Assembly (NCBI GenBank): GCA_045862955.1
Contig: BTVI01000001.1
Coordinates: forward strand, 94,740-158,739
Origin: Fimbriimonadales bacterium
Lineage (GTDB): Bacteria; Armatimonadota; Fimbriimonadia; Fimbriimonadales; JABRVX01
Direction: 5' to 3'
Length of the DNA stretch: 64,000 nucleotides
Below the pieces are notes generated by a model, which saw nothing but the letters and a program-made list of their open reading frames with translations, did not search any database and was not told where the DNA came from. Position numbers and translations under genes: made by a program. Positions 45,235 through 54,148 of this stretch are shown piece by piece (position 1 is the stretch's first letter; each line of letters opens with the position of its first letter).

Positions 45235-46812
45235 ATGAGCTTATGTGTTCGACGACTGTGCCTCGGGATAGGCGCTTCGGCCGCGGTGACCCTGTTCTCC
45301 GGCTGCGGAGCGGGCGGCGGGCTGACCAGTGGAGAAGACTGGGTCCAGGACTTCGAGAACGGCTTCTCAGGTCGCGGTCGGGGCGTGCAGGTCTTCCCCA
45401 TTCCCTCCACGGGCCCGGCGGTTTTCATCTCCGCGGCGGGAGGCGATGTAACCTCGCTTGCATTCACTCCCACGCCGACCCTGTTCCGCAACTCGAAGAT
45501 CGCTTATGCCTCGAGCCGGGCGGGCAACTACGATATCTACGTCATGGACTATGACGGCACGAACGTAAGACAACTCACTACTCATCCGGGGGCAGACCGC
45601 AACCCCAGCATCACCGCCGACGGCACCAAGGTGTTCTTCGAATCGGATCGCACGGGCACGCCACAGATTTGGGTTATCAATACCGACGGCACCGGCGAGC
45701 GTCAGCTCACGTTTACCTCCGCTTCGGAGACGCAGCCGCACGTGTCGAGGGACGGTAGCATGGTCGCGTTCGTGAGCAACCGCTTCGGCAACAGCGAAGT
45801 GCTGATGATGGGCCCGGACGGGCTGAACCAGCGCAGGCTGACCGAGCACTCCGCTGTGGACGAGCAGCCCCAGATCTCGCCGACCGGTACGCACCTGTGC
45901 TGGGTGAGCACACGCGCTGACGGGCGCCGCCACGTCTTTCGCATGGACCTCTCCACCGGCACCATCAACCAAGTGACGAGTGGTGGGGGCTCGGAAGTGG
46001 ATCCGCGCTGGTCTCCGGACGGTCAGGTGATCGCGTTCGTAAGTGCATCCGGCTGGATCTACACCATCAAGCCGGATGGCACCGGGGTAACACCCGTTCT
46101 GACTGGACTGCCCGTACGCTCTCAGCCCGACTTCTCGCCAGACGGCCAGAAGATCGTCTACACCGCCGACCTGGGAAACAACTTAGACCTGTACGTTGCC
46201 AACCGCGATGGCACGGGCACCCCGGTGCGACTGACGAACGAGCCGACGTTCGAGATGGCGCCGTCCGTATCCGGGTCGGCGTTGCCCCGCCGCGTTTTCG
46301 TGGGAGCGGCCGGAAGCGATATGGGGCGGGACCCCGTGTTCGGGAGTTCCATCGGCGGCTTCATCTGCAGCCTCGCAGGCTCAGTCGTTGGAGACGTGAT
46401 CTCGATTGACGGCAGCCAGCGTTCGGCCCTCTTGATAGACCCCTTGTATCTCGGCAACGACGCGGGGCTGGTGGGAGCGCAAGTCACCGGAACGACCATC
46501 ACCAGCATGTTGCAGGACAACGGAAGGCTGATGTCGCCCACTCGAATCATCGGAACGGGTGGTATCTTTCCGGCCACCTCGGACGCCCTTCAGTTGTTCT
46601 TCAATCCGACGACGGGAAGGCTAATGAGCGTCGTGCCGATCGGTCGCGGCCGGGCCGAAGAGCCGGGTGGCGGATTCGAGAACGGTCGGCTGGTCATCCG
46701 AGGAGCGGTTCGAGCGGCAATCGATATGGAGCGCAAGGTCAACATCGCACCGGACGGTGCGACGGAAGTCTCGATCGACCCTGCCACCGGCCGCATCATG
46801 TCCGTGCAGTAG
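45235..46812 (+). CDS. TolB-like PD40 beta-propeller lipoprotein
   Basis: GAGGAG lies 7 nt before ATG 45235. Lipobox AVTLFSGC followed by a Gly-rich linker. Repeated PD40 motifs: YDIYVMDYDGTNVRQLT, PSITADGTKVFFESDR, PHVSRDGSMVAFVSNR, PRWSPDGQVIAFVS and PDFSPDGQKIVYTAD. Confidence 0.8.
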   Translation: MSLCVRRLCLGIGASAAVTLFSGCGAGGGLTSGEDWVQDFENGFSGRGRGVQVFPIPSTGPAVFISAAGGDVTSLAFTPTPTLFRNSKIAYASSRAGNYDIYVMDYDGTNVRQLTTHPGADRNPSITADGTKVFFESDRTGTPQIWVINTDGTGERQLTFTSASETQPHVSRDGSMVAFVSNRFGNSEVLMMGPDGLNQRRLTEHSAVDEQPQISPTGTHLCWVSTRADGRRHVFRMDLSTGTINQVTSGGGSEVDPRWSPDGQVIAFVSASGWIYTIKPDGTGVTPVLTGLPVRSQPDFSPDGQKIVYTADLGNNLDLYVANRDGTGTPVRLTNEPTFEMAPSVSGSALPRRVFVGAAGSDMGRDPVFGSSIGGFICSLAGSVVGDVISIDGSQRSALLIDPLYLGNDAGLVGAQVTGTTITSMLQDNGRLMSPTRIIGTGGIFPATSDALQLFFNPTTGRLMSVVPIGRGRAEEPGGGFENGRLVIRGAVRAAIDMERKVNIAPDGATEVSIDPATGRIMSVQ

Positions 46813-46901
46813 TCCTCCTAATCCGCTCACGCGAACCGCGGCCCGTCCGCCTCGGACGGGCCGCCCCCGTTTGCCGGGCTGGGGCAGCCACGGCCTGCGG
46901 G

Positions 46902-46907
46902 TAGAAT
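46902..46907 (+). promoter_or_regulatory. -10 box TAGAAT, 9 nt upstream of ATG 46917 (leaderless-type)
   Basis: Sequence gcgggTAGAATcgcgtgaccATG, with no SD. Confidence 0.35.
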
Positions 46908-46916
46908 CGCGTGACC

Positions 46917-48194
46917 ATGCTGCAGCTCCTCCTGGCCCTCTCGCTGCTTCCGACTACCATCCAGTCCCCAGCGCCGAAAGCCGTTGTCACCAAGCTGCCG
47001 TCGGGTGTCACGCTCGTAGTGGAGCGGAACGCCTCGACACCTACCGTGGCCATCGAAGTGATGGTGCGCGCGGGCTCGGCGAGGGAAACGGCCGCCCAAG
47101 CAGGCTGTGCGCACTTGCTGGAACACCTCGCCTTCGCGGGGACGCCGAACCATCCCGGCGACGCCATCGATAGGCGCGCGGCGGAGCTGGGCTACAGCCT
47201 GGAGGCCAACACGCAGTCGGAGATTGTCCGCTACTTCACCTCCTGTCTGAAAGCGGACTGGATCGAGGTGTTGGGGTTGCTCGCTGATGCGGTGGTGAAC
47301 CTGGCACCCACGGAGGAGGCGTTTCGAAGGCACCAGCGTGTGGTGTTGCAGGAGCTGATTGCGCGGCGCGACAACCCGCTGCTGTTCCTGTCTGAGCATG
47401 TGCATGCACTCGCTTACCCGTCATCGGGGTATGGGGGCAGCGCGGCGGGCAGACTGGAAGATGTGCGGCGGCGCACTTTGCAAGACGTGCTGGAGTTCCA
47501 CAAGCGATGGTACACGACCGGCAACACGGTTGTCGCTGTCGTCGGTGACGTGGACCCGGCTGAGGCTGCCAAGCAGGTGGAGACCTGGTTCGGTGGGCTG
47601 CGAAGAGCACAAGGAGAGCCATTCGAAGCCCCTCCGCCCCCGGGGGCCAAAGTGGTGGACGAGGCGGGCCCCTACACCAAGGCCGCAACGGCTCTCGCCT
47701 ACCCTGCGATCCCTGCATCGCGTATCGAAGACTCGGCTGCGCTCGACGTGCTCGTCGCGCTGTTGGAAGAGCGTGCCGCGACGGGCCCGCTAAGAGACTA
47801 CGCACTCGCCTTCCAGGCGCAGTACCAGACGCTTTCGCACCCGGGATTGGTGGTCGCCGCGCTGTTCTGCGACGAGGAACGCGCCAAGGACGCTACAGCC
47901 AAGCTCGTCGAAGAGATAGGACGACTTCGATCGGGGGACTTCTCTGAGGCTGAGTTTGTGTTCGCACGAAACCGGGTGCGAGCGCAGGAGCTATATGCGA
48001 CCGAGACCAACGCGGGTCGGGCGCACGCCCTGGGATACTGGCTGATCGTCGGTGGCGAAGGCATCGCCGAGCGCTACCTTGCCGCCCTGAACAGCCTCTC
48101 GGTCGGAGATGCTCGTCGTGTGGGCGCCGAGGTTTTCGATCCAGCGAAAGAGATCCGTGTCCAGTGGCATCCCCCAAAGGGTGGCGGGCGATGA
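46917..48194 (+). CDS. M16 (pitrilysin/insulinase) family zinc peptidase, active-type subunit
   Basis: HxxEH motif in GCAHLLEHLAFAGT. Signal peptide MLQLLLALSLLPTTIQSPAP. The ORF-track start is GTG 46911, 6 nt upstream. Confidence 0.8.
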   Translation: MLQLLLALSLLPTTIQSPAPKAVVTKLPSGVTLVVERNASTPTVAIEVMVRAGSARETAAQAGCAHLLEHLAFAGTPNHPGDAIDRRAAELGYSLEANTQSEIVRYFTSCLKADWIEVLGLLADAVVNLAPTEEAFRRHQRVVLQELIARRDNPLLFLSEHVHALAYPSSGYGGSAAGRLEDVRRRTLQDVLEFHKRWYTTGNTVVAVVGDVDPAEAAKQVETWFGGLRRAQGEPFEAPPPPGAKVVDEAGPYTKAATALAYPAIPASRIEDSAALDVLVALLEERAATGPLRDYALAFQAQYQTLSHPGLVVAALFCDEERAKDATAKLVEEIGRLRSGDFSEAEFVFARNRVRAQELYATETNAGRAHALGYWLIVGGEGIAERYLAALNSLSVGDARRVGAEVFDPAKEIRVQWHPPKGGGR

Positions 48195-49534
48195 GGAGGT
48201 TGGTGACGCTGGCTATCTTCGCAACCGCGGTTGTCATCGCGGTCGCGCAGCCCGTACGCACCGTGCTGCCGAACGGAGCAACGATTGTCACGTCACCCGA
48301 ACCCGGCGCACCGTGGGTGATCGCGATGGCCTTTCTGAAGGCGGGCGAGGACACCGATCTGGACAAACCGGGAACGAGGTGGGTCACCGCGCAGGCAGCC
48401 TATCGCCGCCACGCGCTGCTGTCGCCGTCGGAACTGCAGCATATCGCAGCCGCGGTGGGTGGTGGCGTGAAGCTGTTCATAGAGCGAGACCACCTGCGGT
48501 ACGAGGTGTACACCACCGGGAAGTGGCTGGAGAACGCCCTGTTCCTGCTGGGCGGTGCGGCCAAGCACGGAGAGCTGACCGCAGACGAAGTGGAGGCTGC
48601 CAAGAGCGAGGTCAAGGCCAGCATGACTGCAACGGCCGGCCCAGCAGCCGATGCGGTGAACATGCTGCTGCCTAGGGCCTTCGGAGGGCATCCTTTCGGC
48701 AGACGACCGACGCCGGAGCAAGTGGATGCAGTGACGCTTCAGGACTGCCGCGATTACTACGCCAGGTTCTTTCGACCCAAGCTGCTCACGTTGGTGATCG
48801 CCGGCGACATCACGGGGGACGAGGCGCTGAAGATCGCCCGGCAGACGTTGGGCAGCTGGACAGCATCCGGCCCAGAGCCTTCGCCGCCTGCGGAGATCCT
48901 GCCTCCGGACGAACCATTCGAGCTGGTGCGCACCGCAAGCACGGCTTCGGCCTATCTGGCAGCAGGCTTCGTGGGTCCTGCGCCGGCGTCCAAAGACTTC
49001 CCTGCGTTCACCCTTGCCTCCGCGGTGCTCGGCAAGGGAGAGACCTCGGTGCTGGCGCGAACGATGAGAGGAAGCGGGGCGGCGTACCAGGTCGGAACGG
49101 GTATCGTTGCCACCGCTTCGGGCAGTCTGTTGTTTGCCACCGTGCAGTTCTCGCCGGTCGAGGTCGATCCGAGCACACACAGGCCAGAGGTGGTCCTAAC
49201 CAAGACACGTGATCTGGCCAAGGACGCGCTCACTTCCTTGGCCAAAGAGGGACTGGGCGCAGACGAGCTCGCATCGGCGAAGCGACGGCTAATCGTAGAC
49301 TATCTGCTCGCCGACCCGCCCAGAGCCATGCCGGCTCCGTTCGTGCAGGGCCACCAGCGTCTGCGCGATCGGGCCTTCTGGCTGGGATGGTGGGAGATGG
49401 TAGGATGCGGATACGAGATGGACGCCGGGTTCCCTCAGGCGGTCGAGCGTGTTACCGCGGAGGAGCTGCTCTCTGTGGCGCGCAAGTATTGCTCGCAGCC
49501 CAGCTCGGTGCTGGTGGTACCGCTCGAGCCGTAG
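48191..49534 (+). CDS. M16-family peptidase-like protein lacking HxxEH (probable non-catalytic partner)
   Basis: ATG 48191 overlaps the upstream stop (ATGA). Signal peptide MRRLVTLAIFATAVVIAVAQP. M16-like length and layout, but no HxxEH motif in the N-terminal domain. Confidence 0.65.
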   Translation: MRRLVTLAIFATAVVIAVAQPVRTVLPNGATIVTSPEPGAPWVIAMAFLKAGEDTDLDKPGTRWVTAQAAYRRHALLSPSELQHIAAAVGGGVKLFIERDHLRYEVYTTGKWLENALFLLGGAAKHGELTADEVEAAKSEVKASMTATAGPAADAVNMLLPRAFGGHPFGRRPTPEQVDAVTLQDCRDYYARFFRPKLLTLVIAGDITGDEALKIARQTLGSWTASGPEPSPPAEILPPDEPFELVRTASTASAYLAAGFVGPAPASKDFPAFTLASAVLGKGETSVLARTMRGSGAAYQVGTGIVATASGSLLFATVQFSPVEVDPSTHRPEVVLTKTRDLAKDALTSLAKEGLGADELASAKRRLIVDYLLADPPRAMPAPFVQGHQRLRDRAFWLGWWEMVGCGYEMDAGFPQAVERVTAEELLSVARKYCSQPSSVLVVPLEP

Positions 49535-49580
49535 CGGAAGCATGGGCTAGACGTCCGATGTGCAGGTACGGAAAGGAAGG

Positions 49581-50561
49581 ATGCCGGTGAAGTTTATTCG
49601 ATGCGTGGCATTGGCCTTCTGCCTTGCGGCCGTCCTCTTCGCTGCGGGATGCGGTGGGGGCGGAGGAGGAGGCACGGGGCCGACGGTCACCCAACTGGTA
49701 CTGAGCCTTCGGGGTCCGCTTAGCGTGGCCACGGGCTCTCGCCTCGCCATCGTGGCGGATGCGGTCTACAGCAACGGCGCGGTAGTGCGCGTTAGTCCGA
49801 CCTGGTCGAGTGCCGGGGGCGTGGGTGAAGTCGACTCACAGGGGGTGTTCACGGCATCGGATCAGGCGGCATTCGGTACCCTCGTGGCCAGCTTCCAGAC
49901 TGCTACCGCGAGCTTAGTGGTGAAGGTGGTGGCTCCGGGAGTGCTGTCGGATGCCAGGGTGGAGGCGCCGGAGGGAGTGGTAGCTGGTGCGATCGCGCTC
50001 GGCGCCGAGGTGCCGTTCTATGTCACTGCAGAGAGTAGTGACGACGGACGCATCTATGTAGGAGCCGACTCGGGATCGTGGTCGGTAAGCGGGGGCGTAG
50101 GCACCATTAACGCCAATACGGGGCTGTTTGCGGCGGGGGCGCCAGGTGTCGGCACTGTTAGTGCATCGGTGGGTGGTAGCCCGGCAACCCCACTGCAGGT
50201 CCGCGTGGTACAGACCGTTCGAGTAACCGGCAGCGTTCGCAACGCGAGGACGCTCGCAGGGATACCGAATGTGACGGTTGCTTTCTTGTACGCGGACCGC
50301 ACCGAGTCGGCACGCTTAATCACGGGTGCCGATGGCACGTTCCAGGGCCAAGTCCCGACGAGCTCGAGCATGCTGTACGTGCCGACCGTGTCGGCTGCGT
50401 TCTTCGACATCTTTCGGTACCAGGGGGTGAACTACTGGGTGGGCAAGCCTGCAACCTGTGCGGCTCCCATCGCGACACCCACCGAGGGACGCAACTACGG
50501 TTTCGTGTACCTGTTCTCGACGAACGACCCACCGCCGCCACCCCCCGGCTGTGACTACTAA
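49581..50561 (+). CDS. lipoprotein with Big_2-like Ig domains, CarboxypepD_reg-like domain and poly-Pro/Cys C-terminus (paralogue 1)
   Basis: AAAGGAAGG lies before ATG 49581. Lipobox LFAAGC followed by GGGGGGG. Big_2-like LAIVADAVYSNGAVVRVSPTWSSAGGVGEVDSQGVFTA. VRVTGSVRNARTLAGIPNVTVAF. Ends DPPPPPPGCDY. Confidence 0.7.
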   Translation: MPVKFIRCVALAFCLAAVLFAAGCGGGGGGGTGPTVTQLVLSLRGPLSVATGSRLAIVADAVYSNGAVVRVSPTWSSAGGVGEVDSQGVFTASDQAAFGTLVASFQTATASLVVKVVAPGVLSDARVEAPEGVVAGAIALGAEVPFYVTAESSDDGRIYVGADSGSWSVSGGVGTINANTGLFAAGAPGVGTVSASVGGSPATPLQVRVVQTVRVTGSVRNARTLAGIPNVTVAFLYADRTESARLITGADGTFQGQVPTSSSMLYVPTVSAAFFDIFRYQGVNYWVGKPATCAAPIATPTEGRNYGFVYLFSTNDPPPPPPGCDY

Positions 50562-50571
50562 AGGAGAGATA

Positions 50572-51552
50572 ATGTTCAGAGACCTGCCTCGAACGCGGTG
50601 CGTCCTCCTTGCCGGTGCATGGGTTGCGCTGGCCCTTTCGGCCGGCTGCGGGGGAGGAGGTGGAGGCGGTGGAACCTCCATACGGGAGATTGTTGTCAGC
50701 ATCCCGTCTGGCTCGCGACTGCAGGCCGACACGCGGTTCGTGCTGGGCGCGGTAGCCGTCTACTCGAACGGAGCGCGCGTAGAGATCAGCCCGACGTGGG
50801 AGGCTTCGGGAGGGATCGGCACCATCGGCATCGATGGGGCGATGCAGACCTCGGACACTCCCGCCGACGGTACGATCGTCGCGACTTACGGCACCCAGAG
50901 CGCGGTAGTTGCAGTGTCGGTCGTGGCGCCCGGCCCACTTTCGGACCTGCGAGTGCAAGCTGGCGAGGGCGCGGACACTGCGGCGATCTCCCTGAGCGCT
51001 AGGCCGCGGTTCTACCTGACGGCATCCGACGGCTCTTCCCGAGTGTACGTCGCGCCGGACCCTGGTAGCTGGAGATGCACGCCTAGCGCGATGGGCACGC
51101 TGGACGGCGACGGGGTGCTTACACCTGCGAGCGATGGCCAGGCTAGCATCTCGGCGAAGCACGGCGGTGTGGACGCCGTCCCCACATCCGTCAGGATCAT
51201 CGCACCAAAGGTCAGCGTGCGAGGCACGTGTCGCTCAGCCGACGTAGGTGCCCCAGTGCCAGGTGTGGTAGTGGTGTTCTGGAATGCCGCCGGAGTGGAG
51301 GTGGGGCGCGCCACGAGCGGGCCGGACGGAAGGTGGAGCGCAGTGATCTCGACCACGGCCACACACATGTTTCTCGAGTCGGTGCCGAGCGGTTACTATC
51401 GCAACTGGCGGTACGGCTCTGGCGTGTACGACATAAACTTCGGTCCGGACGCCTGCAAGGCGCCAGTCGACGCGCCAACGCAGGGCAAGGACTACGGCAC
51501 CATCTACGTGTACCCTACTTCCGGTGGTCCGCCACCGCCGCCGACGTGTTAG
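50572..51552 (+). CDS. lipoprotein paralogue 2 (same architecture)
   Basis: AAGGAG lies 5 nt before ATG 50572. Lipobox ALSAGC followed by GGGGGGGG. FVLGAVAVYSNGARVEISPTWEASGGIGTIGIDGAMQT. Ends GGPPPPPTC. Confidence 0.7.
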   Translation: MFRDLPRTRCVLLAGAWVALALSAGCGGGGGGGGTSIREIVVSIPSGSRLQADTRFVLGAVAVYSNGARVEISPTWEASGGIGTIGIDGAMQTSDTPADGTIVATYGTQSAVVAVSVVAPGPLSDLRVQAGEGADTAAISLSARPRFYLTASDGSSRVYVAPDPGSWRCTPSAMGTLDGDGVLTPASDGQASISAKHGGVDAVPTSVRIIAPKVSVRGTCRSADVGAPVPGVVVVFWNAAGVEVGRATSGPDGRWSAVISTTATHMFLESVPSGYYRNWRYGSGVYDINFGPDACKAPVDAPTQGKDYGTIYVYPTSGGPPPPPTC

Positions 51553-51556
51553 CATT

Positions 51557-54145
51557 CTAGCTTCTGGCGTGCAGTAGAAGAACCGGACCTAACAGGCCCG
51601 ACGGCAGGCGCTCGCTCGCCTCGTGCAACATGCCGGCCCGGCGAAGCCCCTCCCACTCTTCGGGCAAGAGGCCGGGCAGCGGTCGGGCCGAACCGAGCGA
51701 CTGACGCCATGCTTGCACCGAGTTGAACGCGAGGTTGGTGACCCGGACCGCGAGGCGGTTGGTACCCACCCGCAGATGCGGGTCGAGGCGGAAGCGGTGG
51801 GGTCGGCACAGAGTGACACCGATCGGCACGTCGTTCAGCGACAGCTCTGCCATGATCTCCACTTCGCCGAGGTCCAGGAGAATCGGTGGCGGAGGAAGCA
51901 AGTCGAGCTGAAGATCGAGCCCGTACTCCAGAGTGCCCGAAAAGTCGGCGAGACCGGGGATGGTAGTCCAATCTTCGAGTGCATCCATTCGTCGAGTGGT
52001 GCCATCGGGAAGCGTGAGGAGGAAGGGGCCGGAGAGGCGCTGCGACACGAGCAGTGGGTAGGGATCATCGGAATCCACTGCTCGTTGGGATAGCAGCAGA
52101 ATGATAGGCTCCGCGGCTGACAGGCGGAGGCGGACGACCAGGCTACCGTCTTCCACTTGGGGGTTCACTCGCTCGAAGCGGCCGGACCACGCGGCGATGT
52201 GGGTTACGTGTGGCATGGAGGAGTCCGACCCCCTCCCCAACCCTCCCCCTTCCGCGAGGCTCCATGGGCAGGGGGTGGCGGACACGCCTGTATGCTGGGG
52301 GAACTGGACTACGACCTCTTGCTCATCTGGGAGAGAACAGACGAGGCGATAGGGCATCGGGTAGGTGCATCCTCGAACGCGCGGGCCGATGAAGAAGACG
52401 TCACCGCCTTCGAAACGCCGATGTTGGTACGTGGCTGGACCGGGAGATACGCGGGCGGCAGGTGCTAGGTGTAGCCGTTCGATAGGCGAGACGAAAGGGT
52501 GTAGGACCTCGGGAATAGGTGCCTCCGCGTAGACCGGCACACCGGCAGCACCTAATCGGCGCAAGGCATCGGCCGTCGCAGGTGGGACGTACTCGAGCTT
52601 AGGCAGTACGAGGGCCGGGTACTCGAGCTCTCCCAGGCGAGCCGATCCATCGGACGCTGTCATGTTGCAGATTGCGTCGTCGTTCACCCAGTCGTAGCAG
52701 TATCCTGCGAGGGAGGACGGCTCGAACAGCACACTTCGCTTATCATCCCACGAGAACAGCTCTTCTACGGATGACCCTGGTTTCCGTCGCCACACATCGT
52801 GGACGGGCAGGTACACCGCCAGATCGGGCACCGCGACTCCCAATCGCATCAGGCAAGACACTCTTGTTAGGTACTTGTTGAACTCACGCAGCCCGCGTGA
52901 CCACGTCAGTGTGTGGTTGAGATGAGTGGTAGCATAGAAATTTCGGCCCGGCCCATCATAGGAGTTAGGCGAAGATGCAAAGCCGTGGCATATTACCTGC
53001 TGCACGCCGTACGCGAACTGCTGATCGGCTGTCAGCTTCAGGTCGTCGGGGCGCTCGGCGAACATGCGTACGTCGGGCCAGCCATAGGGGCAGGTGAAGG
53101 TCTCGCTGGTAACCGGGTTGCGTCCGTGAAGGCGGCCTGCGGATGCCGCCAGCCGCGAGTTAGCGAAGGGTAACAGCATGGTCTCGGTTTCTGGGATATC
53201 CATCGCACCGTAAGACTCCAGCGGATCGGTGGGAGAGCCGTGCGTCTGCACTCGCGCGAGAAAGCCATGTGCCCTACACCAGGCCGCGAAGGGCCGGTAG
53301 AAGTTCTCCATCGCCAGCTCGTGTAGCGTCTGCCGGTAGTCGTGTAACGCCTGTGCGATGGCGTCTGCCGATGGCGCCTGCCAGAAGCCGAGGATGAAGG
53401 GCATGAGCGGGACCACGTCGTACCCCCTCCGCCTTTCGAACTCCTGTGGGAAGGCGGAAGTCCAATATGGCCCCTCCACCTCCCAGCTATCGCAGAACAG
53501 CGCGCGTATGGGGCCGGCCCGCGCCACTTCGATCAGTGGCGGGCCCCACGCTGCCAGATGCGCCTCCAGCGCGGCTTTGCGAAAGTGGTCCAGAACCGGC
53601 CCCTGCTGACCCGGCGCCGCACGCTTGACCTGCTGACCCGAAGGGCGCTCGATGACTCGCGCGACAGCGTAGCCGGACGGCGGATCACCCTCCGCGCGCT
53701 CGGCGCCTGCTGGGTCCGCAGTCGGAGGCGAACCGTGCCTAACAAGAGGTGCTACAACCGCGGCAACCCTGTGCTCCTGCGGGCCGACCGCCTCTTCACG
53801 ATGAGCGATCCGCACGGTCCGCGCGGTCAGTCCCGCCGGAATGTGTGGACCGCCGAACGGCCAGCCACTGCCACATGTGATGTCTAATCCGAGGCCCAAC
53901 CGTTGTGCCGTCCGCGCTGCATCTTTCAGCAGTTCGGTCCACTCGCGAGAGAGCGGCTCCGGGCCGGGGTCCGCGCCGGGCCAGGCGTATACGAACGCTA
54001 ACTCGACGCCACCATAGCCGTGGTCCGCCATGAAGCCCATCTCGCGCTCGATCTGCGCGGGTGTGATGTCCGCGCCGAACCACCACCAGCGGGTCCAGGG
54101 ACGGCAGTCCGCGGGTGGGTCGGCCAGGAGATTCGGAAGGTCCAC
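51557..54145 (-). CDS. glycoside-hydrolase-like protein (GH106 / rhamnosidase-like family pattern) with C-terminal sugar-binding-type beta-sandwich
   Basis: N-terminal CRPWTRWWWFGADITPAQIEREM..GYGGVELAF and ITCGSGWPFGGPHI match my recollection of the GH106-like glycosyl hydrolase family. GTG start lies 3 nt after the etfA-like stop. Confidence 0.5.
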   Translation of the reverse strand: MDLPNLLADPPADCRPWTRWWWFGADITPAQIEREMGFMADHGYGGVELAFVYAWPGADPGPEPLSREWTELLKDAARTAQRLGLGLDITCGSGWPFGGPHIPAGLTARTVRIAHREEAVGPQEHRVAAVVAPLVRHGSPPTADPAGAERAEGDPPSGYAVARVIERPSGQQVKRAAPGQQGPVLDHFRKAALEAHLAAWGPPLIEVARAGPIRALFCDSWEVEGPYWTSAFPQEFERRRGYDVVPLMPFILGFWQAPSADAIAQALHDYRQTLHELAMENFYRPFAAWCRAHGFLARVQTHGSPTDPLESYGAMDIPETETMLLPFANSRLAASAGRLHGRNPVTSETFTCPYGWPDVRMFAERPDDLKLTADQQFAYGVQQVICHGFASSPNSYDGPGRNFYATTHLNHTLTWSRGLREFNKYLTRVSCLMRLGVAVPDLAVYLPVHDVWRRKPGSSVEELFSWDDKRSVLFEPSSLAGYCYDWVNDDAICNMTASDGSARLGELEYPALVLPKLEYVPPATADALRRLGAAGVPVYAEAPIPEVLHPFVSPIERLHLAPAARVSPGPATYQHRRFEGGDVFFIGPRVRGCTYPMPYRLVCSLPDEQEVVVQFPQHTGVSATPCPWSLAEGGGLGRGSDSSMPHVTHIAAWSGRFERVNPQVEDGSLVVRLRLSAAEPIILLLSQRAVDSDDPYPLLVSQRLSGPFLLTLPDGTTRRMDALEDWTTIPGLADFSGTLEYGLDLQLDLLPPPPILLDLGEVEIMAELSLNDVPIGVTLCRPHRFRLDPHLRVGTNRLAVRVTNLAFNSVQAWRQSLGSARPLPGLLPEEWEGLRRAGMLHEASERLPSGLLGPVLLLHARS
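52225..52280. repeat. GC-rich ~56-bp repeat, intragenic copy (inside the 51557..54145 CDS)
   Basis: CCGACCCCCTCCCCAACCCTCCCCCTTCCGCGAGGCTCCATGGGCAGGGGGTGGCG is close to 85% identical by eye to 57937..57993. It encodes ..PCPWSLAEGGGLGRGS.. in frame. Confidence 0.7.
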
Positions 54146-54148
54146 TGG

